64,000 nucleotides of DNA from an uncultured Chthonomonadales bacterium. GTDB taxonomy: Bacteria > Armatimonadota > Chthonomonadetes > Chthonomonadales > CAJBBX01. The DNA is taken from contig CALLMM010000018.1 in NCBI GenBank assembly GCA_938005745.1, positions 1,454 through 65,453 on the forward strand. The letters are read 5' to 3'. Shown piece by piece: positions 56,304-64,000 of this stretch; position 1 is the stretch's first letter; every line of letters begins with the position of its first letter. The notes under the pieces were generated by a model. It was given only the letters and a program-made list of their open reading frames with translations, searched no databases and was not told the DNA's origin. Both the position numbers and the translations under genes were made by a program.

Positions 56304-58691
56304 ATGCCTACCCGGTTAGATCCGCTCGAATATCTGGAGCGCAGCGATAAGTGGTATCTTGGCGGCGGACGCGGAGCCTGCTACGCCCCGGTGTTCCCGC
56401 GTTTTCTGGACTCCTTCGGTTTCTGGGACGAGGCGCACTTTGCGGACGTGCGGCTGGAGCGGCTGTTTACCGTTCTGGTTCTGGATGAGGAGGAGCGTCC
56501 GCTGGGGCTTCGGCGCGACCGCGCCCGCTGGGCCCCCGACGCCCTCACCCAGATCCACGTTACCCGCGACGGTCTCCGGCTGCGAGAGGACAAGGTCATC
56601 ACGCCCAACGACACGCTCGCGTCCCGCCTGCTGATCTACAACGAGGGCAAGCGCGGACGCACGCTGCACCTGATCCTCTGGAGCCTGCAGAACCGATCGG
56701 CGTTTGTGCCGGGCGTCGCCGCCGTCAGCGCGGAGCAGACCGTTCGTTCCGGCGACTATCTGGCGTTCGCGCACACCCTCTCCTATGGCGAGACCCCCTA
56801 CGCCGACCGTCCGGCGGAGAACGCCGGCTGGGGCGAACGCGCCGCCCCGCCGGGTGAGGGGGGCATCACCCTGCATTCGCTCCACGTCGCGCTGGGAGCG
56901 GATCACCCGCCGCTCTCCTGGTGCGTCAATCTGGCGGAGCGCACCGATACCGCCCCCTCCTGGCAGACCTCCATCGTCCCGGAGAAGCTGCGCGGAGGAC
57001 GCCTGCCCGATGAGTTCCTGCCCGACGGCGCGCCAGGCGCGACGCCCCCGGGCAGAGGGGAGCGACCGTCTCCTCCGGACGGGCATCTGCATCTGTGTCT
57101 GCACTACCGCCTGGAGATCCCGGTCGGGGAGAGCCGCACCATTCAGTTCGGCGCGGCGGTCCATCAGGATCGCCGCCTCGCGCTTCACCACCTGCAAAAC
57201 GATCTTCAGGCGAATGTCGCCGCGACCAGCCGCGCCAGCTGGCAGGACTACTTCGCCGGCGTCCCCTATTTCGAGTGCAGCGACCCGCATCTGCAGAAGT
57301 ACTACTGGTACCGATGGTACGGGCTGAAGCTGCTGACGGTGAAGATCGGCGCAGAACCGGCGGAGCCGGAGAGCCAGCGAGGACGCTACCCCTATCCCTG
57401 CGTCTTCGAGGGGATCGGCGGTTTTCGCTGCCATATCTCCTACTCGGCGCAGTGCCATATGCTGGAGGCGGGCTGGATGCATGATCCGGCTCTGGCATAT
57501 GGATCGCTGCAGGGAATGCTCGCCGCGCAGGAGCGCAGCGGCTTCATTCCCGGTCACATCTACCTCTGGCGCAGCGAGCGGGGCTTCTATCACGCCAACT
57601 GGGGCGCCAACGCGCTTCAGGTCTACCACATCACCGGCGACCTCTCCTTTGTGGAGCGGGTCTATCCGGGTCTCAGCCGCTACGCCGACTACTTTGAGCG
57701 GGAGCGCGACCGCGAGGACTCGCATCTGTTCGACATCGTAGATCAGGGCGAGACCGGGCAGGAGTATATGTCGCGCTACCTGTTCGTGGACGACTCTGCC
57801 GACGACTGGCGGCGCATTCAGTTAAAGGGCGTGGATGCGACCGTCTACATCTACCAGCTTCACCGCGCGCTGGCGGAGATGAGCCGCGCGCTGGGGCGCG
57901 AAGAGGAGGCGGCGGTCTACGACCGCAAGGCGGACGCCACCCGCGACGCCGTGCGCGAGAAGATGTGGGACCCGGAGCGAAAACTCTTCTTCGACGTGGA
58001 CCCGCGCACCGGAGAGCGATCCCCCTTCAAGGCGGCGGTCGGCTTCTATCCGTTCCTGTGCGACATCGCCGGACCAGAGCATCTGGCGGCGATCACCGAG
58101 CACCTGCTCAACCCGCAGGAGTTCTGGACGCCCTTCCCCGTTCCCGCCTCCAGTCTGGACGATCCCTACTTCAGCGCGGAGGCGCAGTGGAAGGGCAAGC
58201 GGATGTCCTGTCCCTGGAACGGGCGCGTCTGGCCCATGACCAACTCCCATGTCTGCGAGGCGCTGGCGCGCGCCGCACTCACGCTCGATCCCGCCCTCAA
58301 GCCGCAGGCGGCTCTCCTGCTGGAGCGGTTTGTGAAGATGATGTTCTTCGACGGCGACCCGGCGCGCCCCAACTGCTTTGAGCACTACAACCCCCTGACC
58401 GGAACCCCCTCGCTCTATCGGGGCGTGGACGACTATCAGCACTCGTGGGTCGTGGATCTGCTGATGAAGTACCTGATCGGCATTCAGCCCAACCCCTCCG
58501 ACGCCCTGATCCTCGATCCGCTGCCCCTCGCCGCCGACCGGTTTTTCATACAGGATATTCGCTATCGCGGACATCGGGTGGATGTGCGCTGGGATCGCGA
58601 TCAGGGCTACTCTGTCGCGGTAGATGGCGAGGAGCGGGCGCACGCCCCAGAACGCTGCCGGCTAGAGATCCCCCTCTCCCCCAAAGGGTGA
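56304..58691 (+). CDS. (alpha/alpha)6-barrel glycoside hydrolase, GH63/MGH1-like
   Basis: 795 aa; ...FWTPFPVPASSLDDPYF......W.G.....PWNGRVWPMTNSHVCEAL... is typical of MGH1-like/GH63-clan enzymes by eye. Confidence 0.6.
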   Translation: MPTRLDPLEYLERSDKWYLGGGRGACYAPVFPRFLDSFGFWDEAHFADVRLERLFTVLVLDEEERPLGLRRDRARWAPDALTQIHVTRDGLRLREDKVITPNDTLASRLLIYNEGKRGRTLHLILWSLQNRSAFVPGVAAVSAEQTVRSGDYLAFAHTLSYGETPYADRPAENAGWGERAAPPGEGGITLHSLHVALGADHPPLSWCVNLAERTDTAPSWQTSIVPEKLRGGRLPDEFLPDGAPGATPPGRGERPSPPDGHLHLCLHYRLEIPVGESRTIQFGAAVHQDRRLALHHLQNDLQANVAATSRASWQDYFAGVPYFECSDPHLQKYYWYRWYGLKLLTVKIGAEPAEPESQRGRYPYPCVFEGIGGFRCHISYSAQCHMLEAGWMHDPALAYGSLQGMLAAQERSGFIPGHIYLWRSERGFYHANWGANALQVYHITGDLSFVERVYPGLSRYADYFERERDREDSHLFDIVDQGETGQEYMSRYLFVDDSADDWRRIQLKGVDATVYIYQLHRALAEMSRALGREEEAAVYDRKADATRDAVREKMWDPERKLFFDVDPRTGERSPFKAAVGFYPFLCDIAGPEHLAAITEHLLNPQEFWTPFPVPASSLDDPYFSAEAQWKGKRMSCPWNGRVWPMTNSHVCEALARAALTLDPALKPQAALLLERFVKMMFFDGDPARPNCFEHYNPLTGTPSLYRGVDDYQHSWVVDLLMKYLIGIQPNPSDALILDPLPLAADRFFIQDIRYRGHRVDVRWDRDQGYSVAVDGEERAHAPERCRLEIPLSPKG

Positions 58692-58853
58692 CGACAGAGG
58701 CGCAACCGTGAGCAAACGATACGCCTATCCGCTGGCAGCAGTGCTGGCATGGTCGGTTCTGCCCCATCCGTCGAAGCCCGAACAGCGGACGCATTCCAGC
58801 CGCTACGCATTCATTCGCCATGACGAAGAGGAGCGAGATATGACGCGGCGCGC

Positions 58854-58906
58854 GTGGCGCCATAACCGGCGCCTGAAGGCGGCGCGTGTGGCGCCATAAC
58901 CGGCGC
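58854..58906. repeat. Two copies of GTGGCGCCATAACCGGCGC (each able to form a GGCGCC-ataacc-GGCGCC hairpin) between convergent genes
   Basis: Copies at 58854-58872 and 58888-58906, identical over 19 nt. Confidence 0.7.
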
Positions 58907-58921
58907 GCAGAGCCGCCGCCT

Positions 58922-60016
58922 CTACTCCTGATCCTCCTCGTCCTCCTCCAGACAGAGCGGAAGATCCATCCGGCACAGAGCGGCGTCGCGCTCGCGCCCC
59001 ACCTGCTCGTAGAAGGCGATCAGCGTCTCGTAGGCGGCGACATACTGCCGCTCATCCATCGCTAGGGGCAGCGCGTTCAGATACTGCCGCTCCGCCTCCG
59101 CGATATCGCTCTCCCGGCGGTAGTGGTCTCCCAGTTCGATCCGGGCAGCCGCCTCATAGGGGTCCTCCTCAAGCAGAAGATGTCCGAAGGGAGAGCGGCT
59201 CAGCTCCGGGGGGATCAGGTCGCGGACATCCACCAACCGCTCCGCCGCCAGCCCGTAGAGCTGACGCCCCATAAACTCCTCGCTCATCTCAAAGTGATCG
59301 GTTGAGGTGGAGATGTCCAGCAGCCCCCGCACCGCCTGCCACCAGAACGGTATCGCCTGATCGAGACGCTGCTCCGCCGCCTCCATCTCTCCCAGAAAGA
59401 AGAACGGATCGGCGTACCAAGGGGAGATATGCGCGGCGCGGGTGAACAGGTCGCGGGCAGACTCTGCGCTCCCGCGCATCCAGTGGATGCAGCCGCTGCT
59501 GACCAGCGAGAACGGGCTGCGCGGGTCTGCCTCGACAAGCTGCTCGTAGTACTCGCGCTCATTGCGGGGCACCGGCTTCTGAAGGATCTCCTCCTCGATC
59601 CCCAGCCGGCGCGCCTCCTTCTCCGAGAAGACCCAGACATCCTCATCCGCGATATCCTGCTCCTCATAGCGTCCGGCGATAGCGCACCAGCGCAGGAAGC
59701 GGTCAAAGTTGGAAGCCAGCGGAAAATAGCACTCTCCCTCCCCGTCGTAGAACAGAATCGGGCACTCCTGCCCGGACAGTCCCGGCAGCGAGTAGAAACC
59801 GTATATCCCGCTGTCGCCGTCATGCCCGAAGGGCAGAAACTGCGGGATCATCCCGCACCAGCGCGCATCATCGGACTCAACCTCTTCGGGCAGCAGGAAG
59901 GCGCACGGTCCGAAGACGGGGTCCGGCTGCGTCTCATAGACGCGCAGGAACGCTTCGGGCAGCGTCAACTTCCAGCGTCTGCCCCATGCTTGAAGCACAG
60001 CCTCTGCTCTGCTCAC
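58922..60016 (-). CDS. SMI1/KNR4 (SUKH-1)-like domain protein with helical-repeat C-terminal half and acidic tail
   Basis: ...LTLPEAFLRVYET...FLPFGHDGDSGIYGFY...ILFYDGEGE.. is a SUKH pattern. GTG 60016 is preceded by GAGGAG at 6-nt spacing. Only the last 365 codons of the 1005-aa track ORF are taken as coding. Confidence 0.6.
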   Translation of the reverse strand: MSRAEAVLQAWGRRWKLTLPEAFLRVYETQPDPVFGPCAFLLPEEVESDDARWCGMIPQFLPFGHDGDSGIYGFYSLPGLSGQECPILFYDGEGECYFPLASNFDRFLRWCAIAGRYEEQDIADEDVWVFSEKEARRLGIEEEILQKPVPRNEREYYEQLVEADPRSPFSLVSSGCIHWMRGSAESARDLFTRAAHISPWYADPFFFLGEMEAAEQRLDQAIPFWWQAVRGLLDISTSTDHFEMSEEFMGRQLYGLAAERLVDVRDLIPPELSRSPFGHLLLEEDPYEAAARIELGDHYRRESDIAEAERQYLNALPLAMDERQYVAAYETLIAFYEQVGRERDAALCRMDLPLCLEEDEEDQE

Positions 60017-60091
60017 GGGCTTCTCCTCAGGTGAGAGTGGTGTTTTCCATCTGACGCTCCTACATTCGCGCCGCGATTCTACGAGTCCTGT

Positions 60092-60120
60092 TTGACGTTG
60101 CGCCGACTTTCCCGTACAAT
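60092..60120 (+). promoter_or_regulatory. Near-consensus sigma70 promoter placing the TSS at or next to the rqcH ATG (leaderless mRNA candidate)
   Basis: TTGACG (60092-60097), 17 nt, TACAAT (60115-60120). ATG at 60128 is only 7 nt after the -10 box, with no SD sequence. Confidence 0.5.
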
Positions 60121-60127
60121 AGACCCC

Positions 60128-61873
60128 ATGCCGATACGTGTTCCTTTCGATAGTCTGACCCTGCGGGCGGTCAGCGAGGAGCTTCAGCGCACGGTGGTTG
60201 GAGGCGCGGTGCAGCATATCGCGCAGCCCTCCGCCGCCGACCTGATTCTGACGGTACGCCATCACGGAGCGAACCATGCACTGACCCTCTCCTGCGACCC
60301 GGTCTTCGCTCGCGCGCACCTGACCCATGTCCGCCGACCGAACCCGCCGTCGCCGCCCGCCTTCTGCATGCTCTGCCGCAAATATCTCGAAGGGGGCTAT
60401 GTGGCGGCGGTCGCGCAGCGCGGATTTGACCGGATTCTGGACATCACGGTGCAGTTTCCCGACGGCTCCCGCTACCGGCTGATCGCTGAACTGATGGGCA
60501 AGCACAGCAACCTGATCCTGGTGAATGAGGCGGGAACCATCCTGGACGCGGCGCGGCGCGTTACGCGCAGGATCAACCGGGTGCGCGAGATTCTGCCGGG
60601 ACTGCCCTACGTCTCGCCTCCGGTTCCCGCAGATCGCGCCGATCCGTTCACCGCCGCGCCGGCGGAGATCGCCGCACTGACATCTGCGGGCGGCGTGGAG
60701 GAGGAGGCGTTGACCGCCCGGCTGATGGGGTGTTTTCTCGGTCTCTCGCCCTTTCTGGCGACGGAGATCGCGCGGCGCGCCGCGCTCGGATCGCTGCCGG
60801 AGGCGTGGGACGAACTGATCGGCGCGGCGCGCCGCAGAGAGTGGGCGCCGGTGGTGATACGCAATGAGCGCGCGGAGATCATCGGAGCCTATCCGTTTCC
60901 AACCGTACAGGCGCCTGCCGAGGCGCAGAACCCGCGCGAAAGCATGCATCAGGCGCTGGATCACTACTACAGCACCGCGCTTCCCCGCGCCGCGCTGGAC
61001 TCGCTGCGCCACGAGATGGAGACGCATATCGAACGCGCCCTGCGCTCCCGATCGCGGATGCGCGAGACGCTCCTGCACGCTCTGGAGGAGTCGGCGCGCG
61101 CGGAGGAGTACAGACAGATCGGGGAGCTGATCCTGGCGAACCTCCATCGCATCGAACCGGGCGCGGACTCGGCGACGGTAACCGACTACTACGACCCGGC
61201 GACGCCCGAACGCACGCTGGTTCTCGATCCCGACCTGACGCCGCAGGAGAACGCCGAAGCCTTCTTCCGCCGCTATCGCAAGGCGCGAGACGGCAGAGCG
61301 CGCCAGCAGGCGCAGTGGGAGCGCGCGGGGGAGGATCTGCGCGCGCTCTACGCCGCGCAGTCGCGCCTGCGCGAGGCGCGCCACCTGGAGGAGCTTCGCG
61401 CCCTGCGGGAGGAGATGGTTCATGCGGGGCTTCTGCGCGCCGAAGCCGCGCCGTCCGAACCGGCGGAGCCTGCCCGCCGCGTCCCCGATTTTCAGGGCAA
61501 AAAGATACGCACCGTCGTTACGCCGGAGGGATTTACGATCTATGTGGGGGAGAACAGCGAGGCGAACGACTACCTGACCGGGCGCATCGCCTCTCCCAAC
61601 GATCTGTGGCTGCATGTGCGCGCCGCCGCCAGCGCGCATGTGGTGATCCGCACACACAACCGCCCGGAGACGGTGCCGCTCAGCGTGATCCGCCGCGCTG
61701 CGCTCCTCGCCGCCCGCAGTAGCGCGGCGAAACACTCCTCGCTGGTTCCGGTAGACTACACGCTCAAGAAGTATGTTCGCAAACCGCGCGGAGCCGCGCC
61801 GGGAACCGTCCTCTACCAGAACGAAAAGACGATCTACGTCTCCCCGACCGACCCGGAGGAGAACTCCCCGTAG
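60128..61873 (+). CDS. rqcH: NFACT-family ribosome quality control protein (RqcH / FbpA-like)
   Basis: MPIRVPFDSLTLRAV..EL......G..V..I.QP....L.L......... and LIAELMGKHSNLILV (NFACT-N). C-terminal NFACT-R/DUF814 ...DLWLHVRAAASAHVVIR.... Confidence 0.85.
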   Translation: MPIRVPFDSLTLRAVSEELQRTVVGGAVQHIAQPSAADLILTVRHHGANHALTLSCDPVFARAHLTHVRRPNPPSPPAFCMLCRKYLEGGYVAAVAQRGFDRILDITVQFPDGSRYRLIAELMGKHSNLILVNEAGTILDAARRVTRRINRVREILPGLPYVSPPVPADRADPFTAAPAEIAALTSAGGVEEEALTARLMGCFLGLSPFLATEIARRAALGSLPEAWDELIGAARRREWAPVVIRNERAEIIGAYPFPTVQAPAEAQNPRESMHQALDHYYSTALPRAALDSLRHEMETHIERALRSRSRMRETLLHALEESARAEEYRQIGELILANLHRIEPGADSATVTDYYDPATPERTLVLDPDLTPQENAEAFFRRYRKARDGRARQQAQWERAGEDLRALYAAQSRLREARHLEELRALREEMVHAGLLRAEAAPSEPAEPARRVPDFQGKKIRTVVTPEGFTIYVGENSEANDYLTGRIASPNDLWLHVRAAASAHVVIRTHNRPETVPLSVIRRAALLAARSSAAKHSSLVPVDYTLKKYVRKPRGAAPGTVLYQNEKTIYVSPTDPEENSP

Positions 61874-61948
61874 TCCAGTTCCGCTGTAACGCGCCGGATC
61901 CGCGCTCCTCCGGCAGGAATCTCCCGCGCTGCCGGGCAATCAGAGGAT

Positions 61949-62866
61949 ATGAGCGACATCGTCATTGAGACCCGCCGTCTGACCAAACGTTTTCGCAGCC
62001 GATACGCGGTGGATTCGCTCGATCTTCGGGTAGAGCGCGGCACGGTCTTCGGCTTCCTCGGTCCCAACGGCGCGGGCAAAACGACCGCCATTCACATGCT
62101 TCTCGGCAGCGTGCGCCCGACCGCAGGGCTGGGCTGGGTGCTGGGCAGACCGCTCGGAGAGACGGCGGTGCGACGACGGATCGGCTTCCTGCCGGAGAAG
62201 ACGACCTTCTACCCCTTTCTCACTGCGCAGGAGTTCCTGCAGGCGATGGGCGAACTCTCCGGACTGCGGCGCGTGGAGTTGTCGGCGCGAATCCCGGAGA
62301 CCCTGCAGCTGGTTGGACTGGCGGATCGGGCGCGAGACCGGATCGGCTCCTTCTCGCGCGGAATGCAGCAGCGGCTCGGGCTGGCGCAGGCGATCCTGCA
62401 CGCCCCGGAATTGATCATCCTCGACGAACCGACCTCCGCCCTCGACCCGCTGGGTCGCCGCACGGTGCGCGACCTGATCCTTGCGCTGAAGCGCGAGGGC
62501 TGCACCCTGTTCCTCAACTCGCATCTCCTCTCCGAAGTCGAGATGACCTGCGACGAGGTCGCCATCCTCAAAAAGGGGCGCGTGGCGGTCTCCGGACGCC
62601 TGCAGGACCTGCTGCAGGTTCAGCAGACGGTTGAGATCGAGGTGGAGGAGATGACCGAGGCGGCGATGTCGGCACTGCGGCGCCTCTCGCTGAAAGTCAA
62701 GATGTACGGGATGCCGCCGCGGCGTCTCACGGTCTTGCTGCGTTCGGCGGAGGATACGCCGGAGATCGCCCGCGCGCTGGTGGAGAACGGGGCGCGGCTG
62801 CGCGCGCTCATCCCGCAGCGCGAAACGCTGGAGGAGCTGTTCGTGCGCGTGATCGAGTCGGAGTAG
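61949..62866 (+). CDS. ABC transporter ATP-binding protein
   Basis: Walker A GPNGAGKTT, signature FSRGMQQRLGLA, Walker B LIILDEPTSALD. Confidence 0.9.
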   Translation: MSDIVIETRRLTKRFRSRYAVDSLDLRVERGTVFGFLGPNGAGKTTAIHMLLGSVRPTAGLGWVLGRPLGETAVRRRIGFLPEKTTFYPFLTAQEFLQAMGELSGLRRVELSARIPETLQLVGLADRARDRIGSFSRGMQQRLGLAQAILHAPELIILDEPTSALDPLGRRTVRDLILALKREGCTLFLNSHLLSEVEMTCDEVAILKKGRVAVSGRLQDLLQVQQTVEIEVEEMTEAAMSALRRLSLKVKMYGMPPRRLTVLLRSAEDTPEIARALVENGARLRALIPQRETLEELFVRVIESE

Positions 62867-62895
62867 GAGGGCGCAGAGGAGTCGGGGAAGGGTTC

Positions 62896-62924
62896 GGGGG
62901 AGGACGGGTGGGGCGTCCTCCCCC
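62896..62924. terminator. Hairpin between convergent ABC ATPase and flgE
   Basis: GGGGGAGGACG-ggtgggg-CGTCCTCCCCC, an 11-bp perfect stem. Confidence 0.55.
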
Positions 62925-62941
62925 GCGGTGTGTGCGGCGTG

Positions 62942-64000
62942 TTATCGCTTCAGGTTGATGACATCCTGCAGCAAGCCGTCCACAATCGAGATGATGCGCG
63001 TGTTCGCCTGGAAGCCGCGCTCCGTGATGATCAGGTTGGTGAACTCGGTGGAGAGGTCCACATTCGCCATCTCCAGATAGCCGGGCGTGATGGTTCCGCG
63101 CCCGCTCTGTCCCGGCGCGCCGACCTGCGCCTCGCCGGAGTTGGCGGAGGAGCGGAACAGGTTGTTGCCCAACCGCTCTAACCCGCCGGGGTTGGAGAAG
63201 GTGGTCATGGCGATCTGTCCTAGAGCACGGGACTGACCGCTGGAGAAGATCCCGGTGATCACGCCGTCTGGGGAGATCGTAAAGCTCTGGAGCGTGCCGA
63301 CCGGATAGCCGTTTTGGGAGGCGGCGGTCGCGTTGGAATCGCTGGCAAGCTGCGTCATCCGCAGGTTGTTCAGCTTCACTTTGAAGGGGCTGACGGAGCC
63401 GTCGTTGGGGGTCAGAGTGATGGTCTGTTCGCCGCCCTCCACCAGCCGTCCGTTGGTTCCGAAGAAGAGGGGGGAGTTGCCAGAATCGGCGGAGCTTCCG
63501 ATCTGCTTTCCGTTCTCAAAGGCGACCCAGTCCCATTGCGCGGTGGCGCCCAGCGGGGGAGGCGGCGTCCCTCGCAGTGGAACGCGAGAGTACTTGAAGG
63601 AGACCAGATGTCCGACGCCCAGGCTGTCGTAGACCCGGATCGAGGTTCCCCAGTAGGGACTGGAACCGGTCTGCCCGTCAGCCACCCCCGATAGGGATGA
63701 GACGGCGGCGTTATTGGTCAGGCTGGCAAAGTTGAGATTCAGATTGACCGCCGGCGCGCCGTTGGTTCCCGGCACTGCCGGTCCCTGATTCGCGCCGGTT
63801 CCGCCGTTCAGCTGGATGGTGGATCCCAGCGGGTTGCCGGAGGAGTCGGCAAAGGTCCAGCCGGAGCCGGTCTGATAGATGCGGGACTTGCCGGCATTGC
63901 TGTCGTAGACGGTGTTGCTGTCCACTTTCAGCACCACGTTCCAGGCTCTGGTCGCGCCCGTCGGGACGTTGGCGCCTGTCGGGTTATCTTCCGGGTTGGA
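62942..64000 (-). CDS. flgE: Flagellar hook protein FlgE (3' portion; N-terminus beyond window end)
   Basis: C-terminus ...GYLEMANVDLSTEFTNLIITERGFQANTRIISIVDGLLQDVINLKR is the conserved hook/rod C-terminal domain. The frame stays open to base 64000. Confidence 0.88.
   Translation of the reverse strand, partial: SNPEDNPTGANVPTGATRAWNVVLKVDSNTVYDSNAGKSRIYQTGSGWTFADSSGNPLGSTIQLNGGTGANQGPAVPGTNGAPAVNLNLNFASLTNNAAVSSLSGVADGQTGSSPYWGTSIRVYDSLGVGHLVSFKYSRVPLRGTPPPPLGATAQWDWVAFENGKQIGSSADSGNSPLFFGTNGRLVEGGEQTITLTPNDGSVSPFKVKLNNLRMTQLASDSNATAASQNGYPVGTLQSFTISPDGVITGIFSSGQSRALGQIAMTTFSNPGGLERLGNNLFRSSANSGEAQVGAPGQSGRGTITPGYLEMANVDLSTEFTNLIITERGFQANTRIISIVDGLLQDVINLKR

Noticed and set aside
58708-58899. 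63-aa ORF in the convergent intergenic region after the GH63-like gene
   Set aside because: Its 3' half is made of the duplicated GGCGCC hairpin repeat. There is no RBS and the composition is non-protein-like. More likely a terminator region.
58922-61939. 1005-aa minus-strand ORF spanning the whole rqcH locus
   Set aside because: Upstream of ~60016 it is antisense to a well-supported NFACT/RqcH gene and reads as R/A/G-rich junk. Only the 3' 365 codons (SUKH-like protein, GTG 60016 with a GAGGAG RBS) look genuine.

Overview
High-GC bacterial chromosome segment; taxon not determinable from sequence alone. Bases 1-20069 are one same-strand translation supercluster: the distal S10 operon (rplD onward), the spc operon, secY-adk-map-infA-rpmJ, the alpha operon (rpsM-rpsK-rpsD-rpoA-rplQ), truA and rplM-rpsI. 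Two things depart from the textbook layout. A 691-aa EF-G-like GTPase sits between rplE and rpsZ, and its catalytic His is replaced by Tyr (DVPGY). Several translation proteins carry low-complexity or Cys-rich extensions: RGG tails on uS3 and IF-1, a Lys/Gly tail on uL6, long Ala/Glu tails on uL22 and uL16, and a Cys4 motif in uL24. The remaining 44 kb is accessory-type. It holds aldo/keto reductases, secreted and cytoplasmic glycoside-hydrolase-like proteins, a polyprenyl synthase, a response-regulator module, and a divergent sulfatase / radical-SAM maturase / FGE-fold / debranching-enzyme / large membrane protein cluster. It also holds an M28 peptidase, ArsR plus a SulP permease, a KGG stress protein, dgoD, an S8 protease with repeat domains, ClpS, an RqcH (NFACT) homologue with a probable leaderless promoter, an ABC ATPase, and the 3' part of flgE. 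Non-coding observations: a perfect 33-bp x4 tandem array that appears seeded from a ~60-nt dispersed element (second copy near 26.15 kb), an 18-nt tandem duplication at the secY stop, several GC-rich terminator hairpins between convergent genes, and consensus-like promoters. I recognised no tRNA, rRNA, CRISPR array, transposase or classical defence genes by eye. Many long ORFs in the six-frame track are antisense shadows of real genes, which is a high-GC artefact. All calls rest on by-eye motif recognition and gene context; no database search was run.
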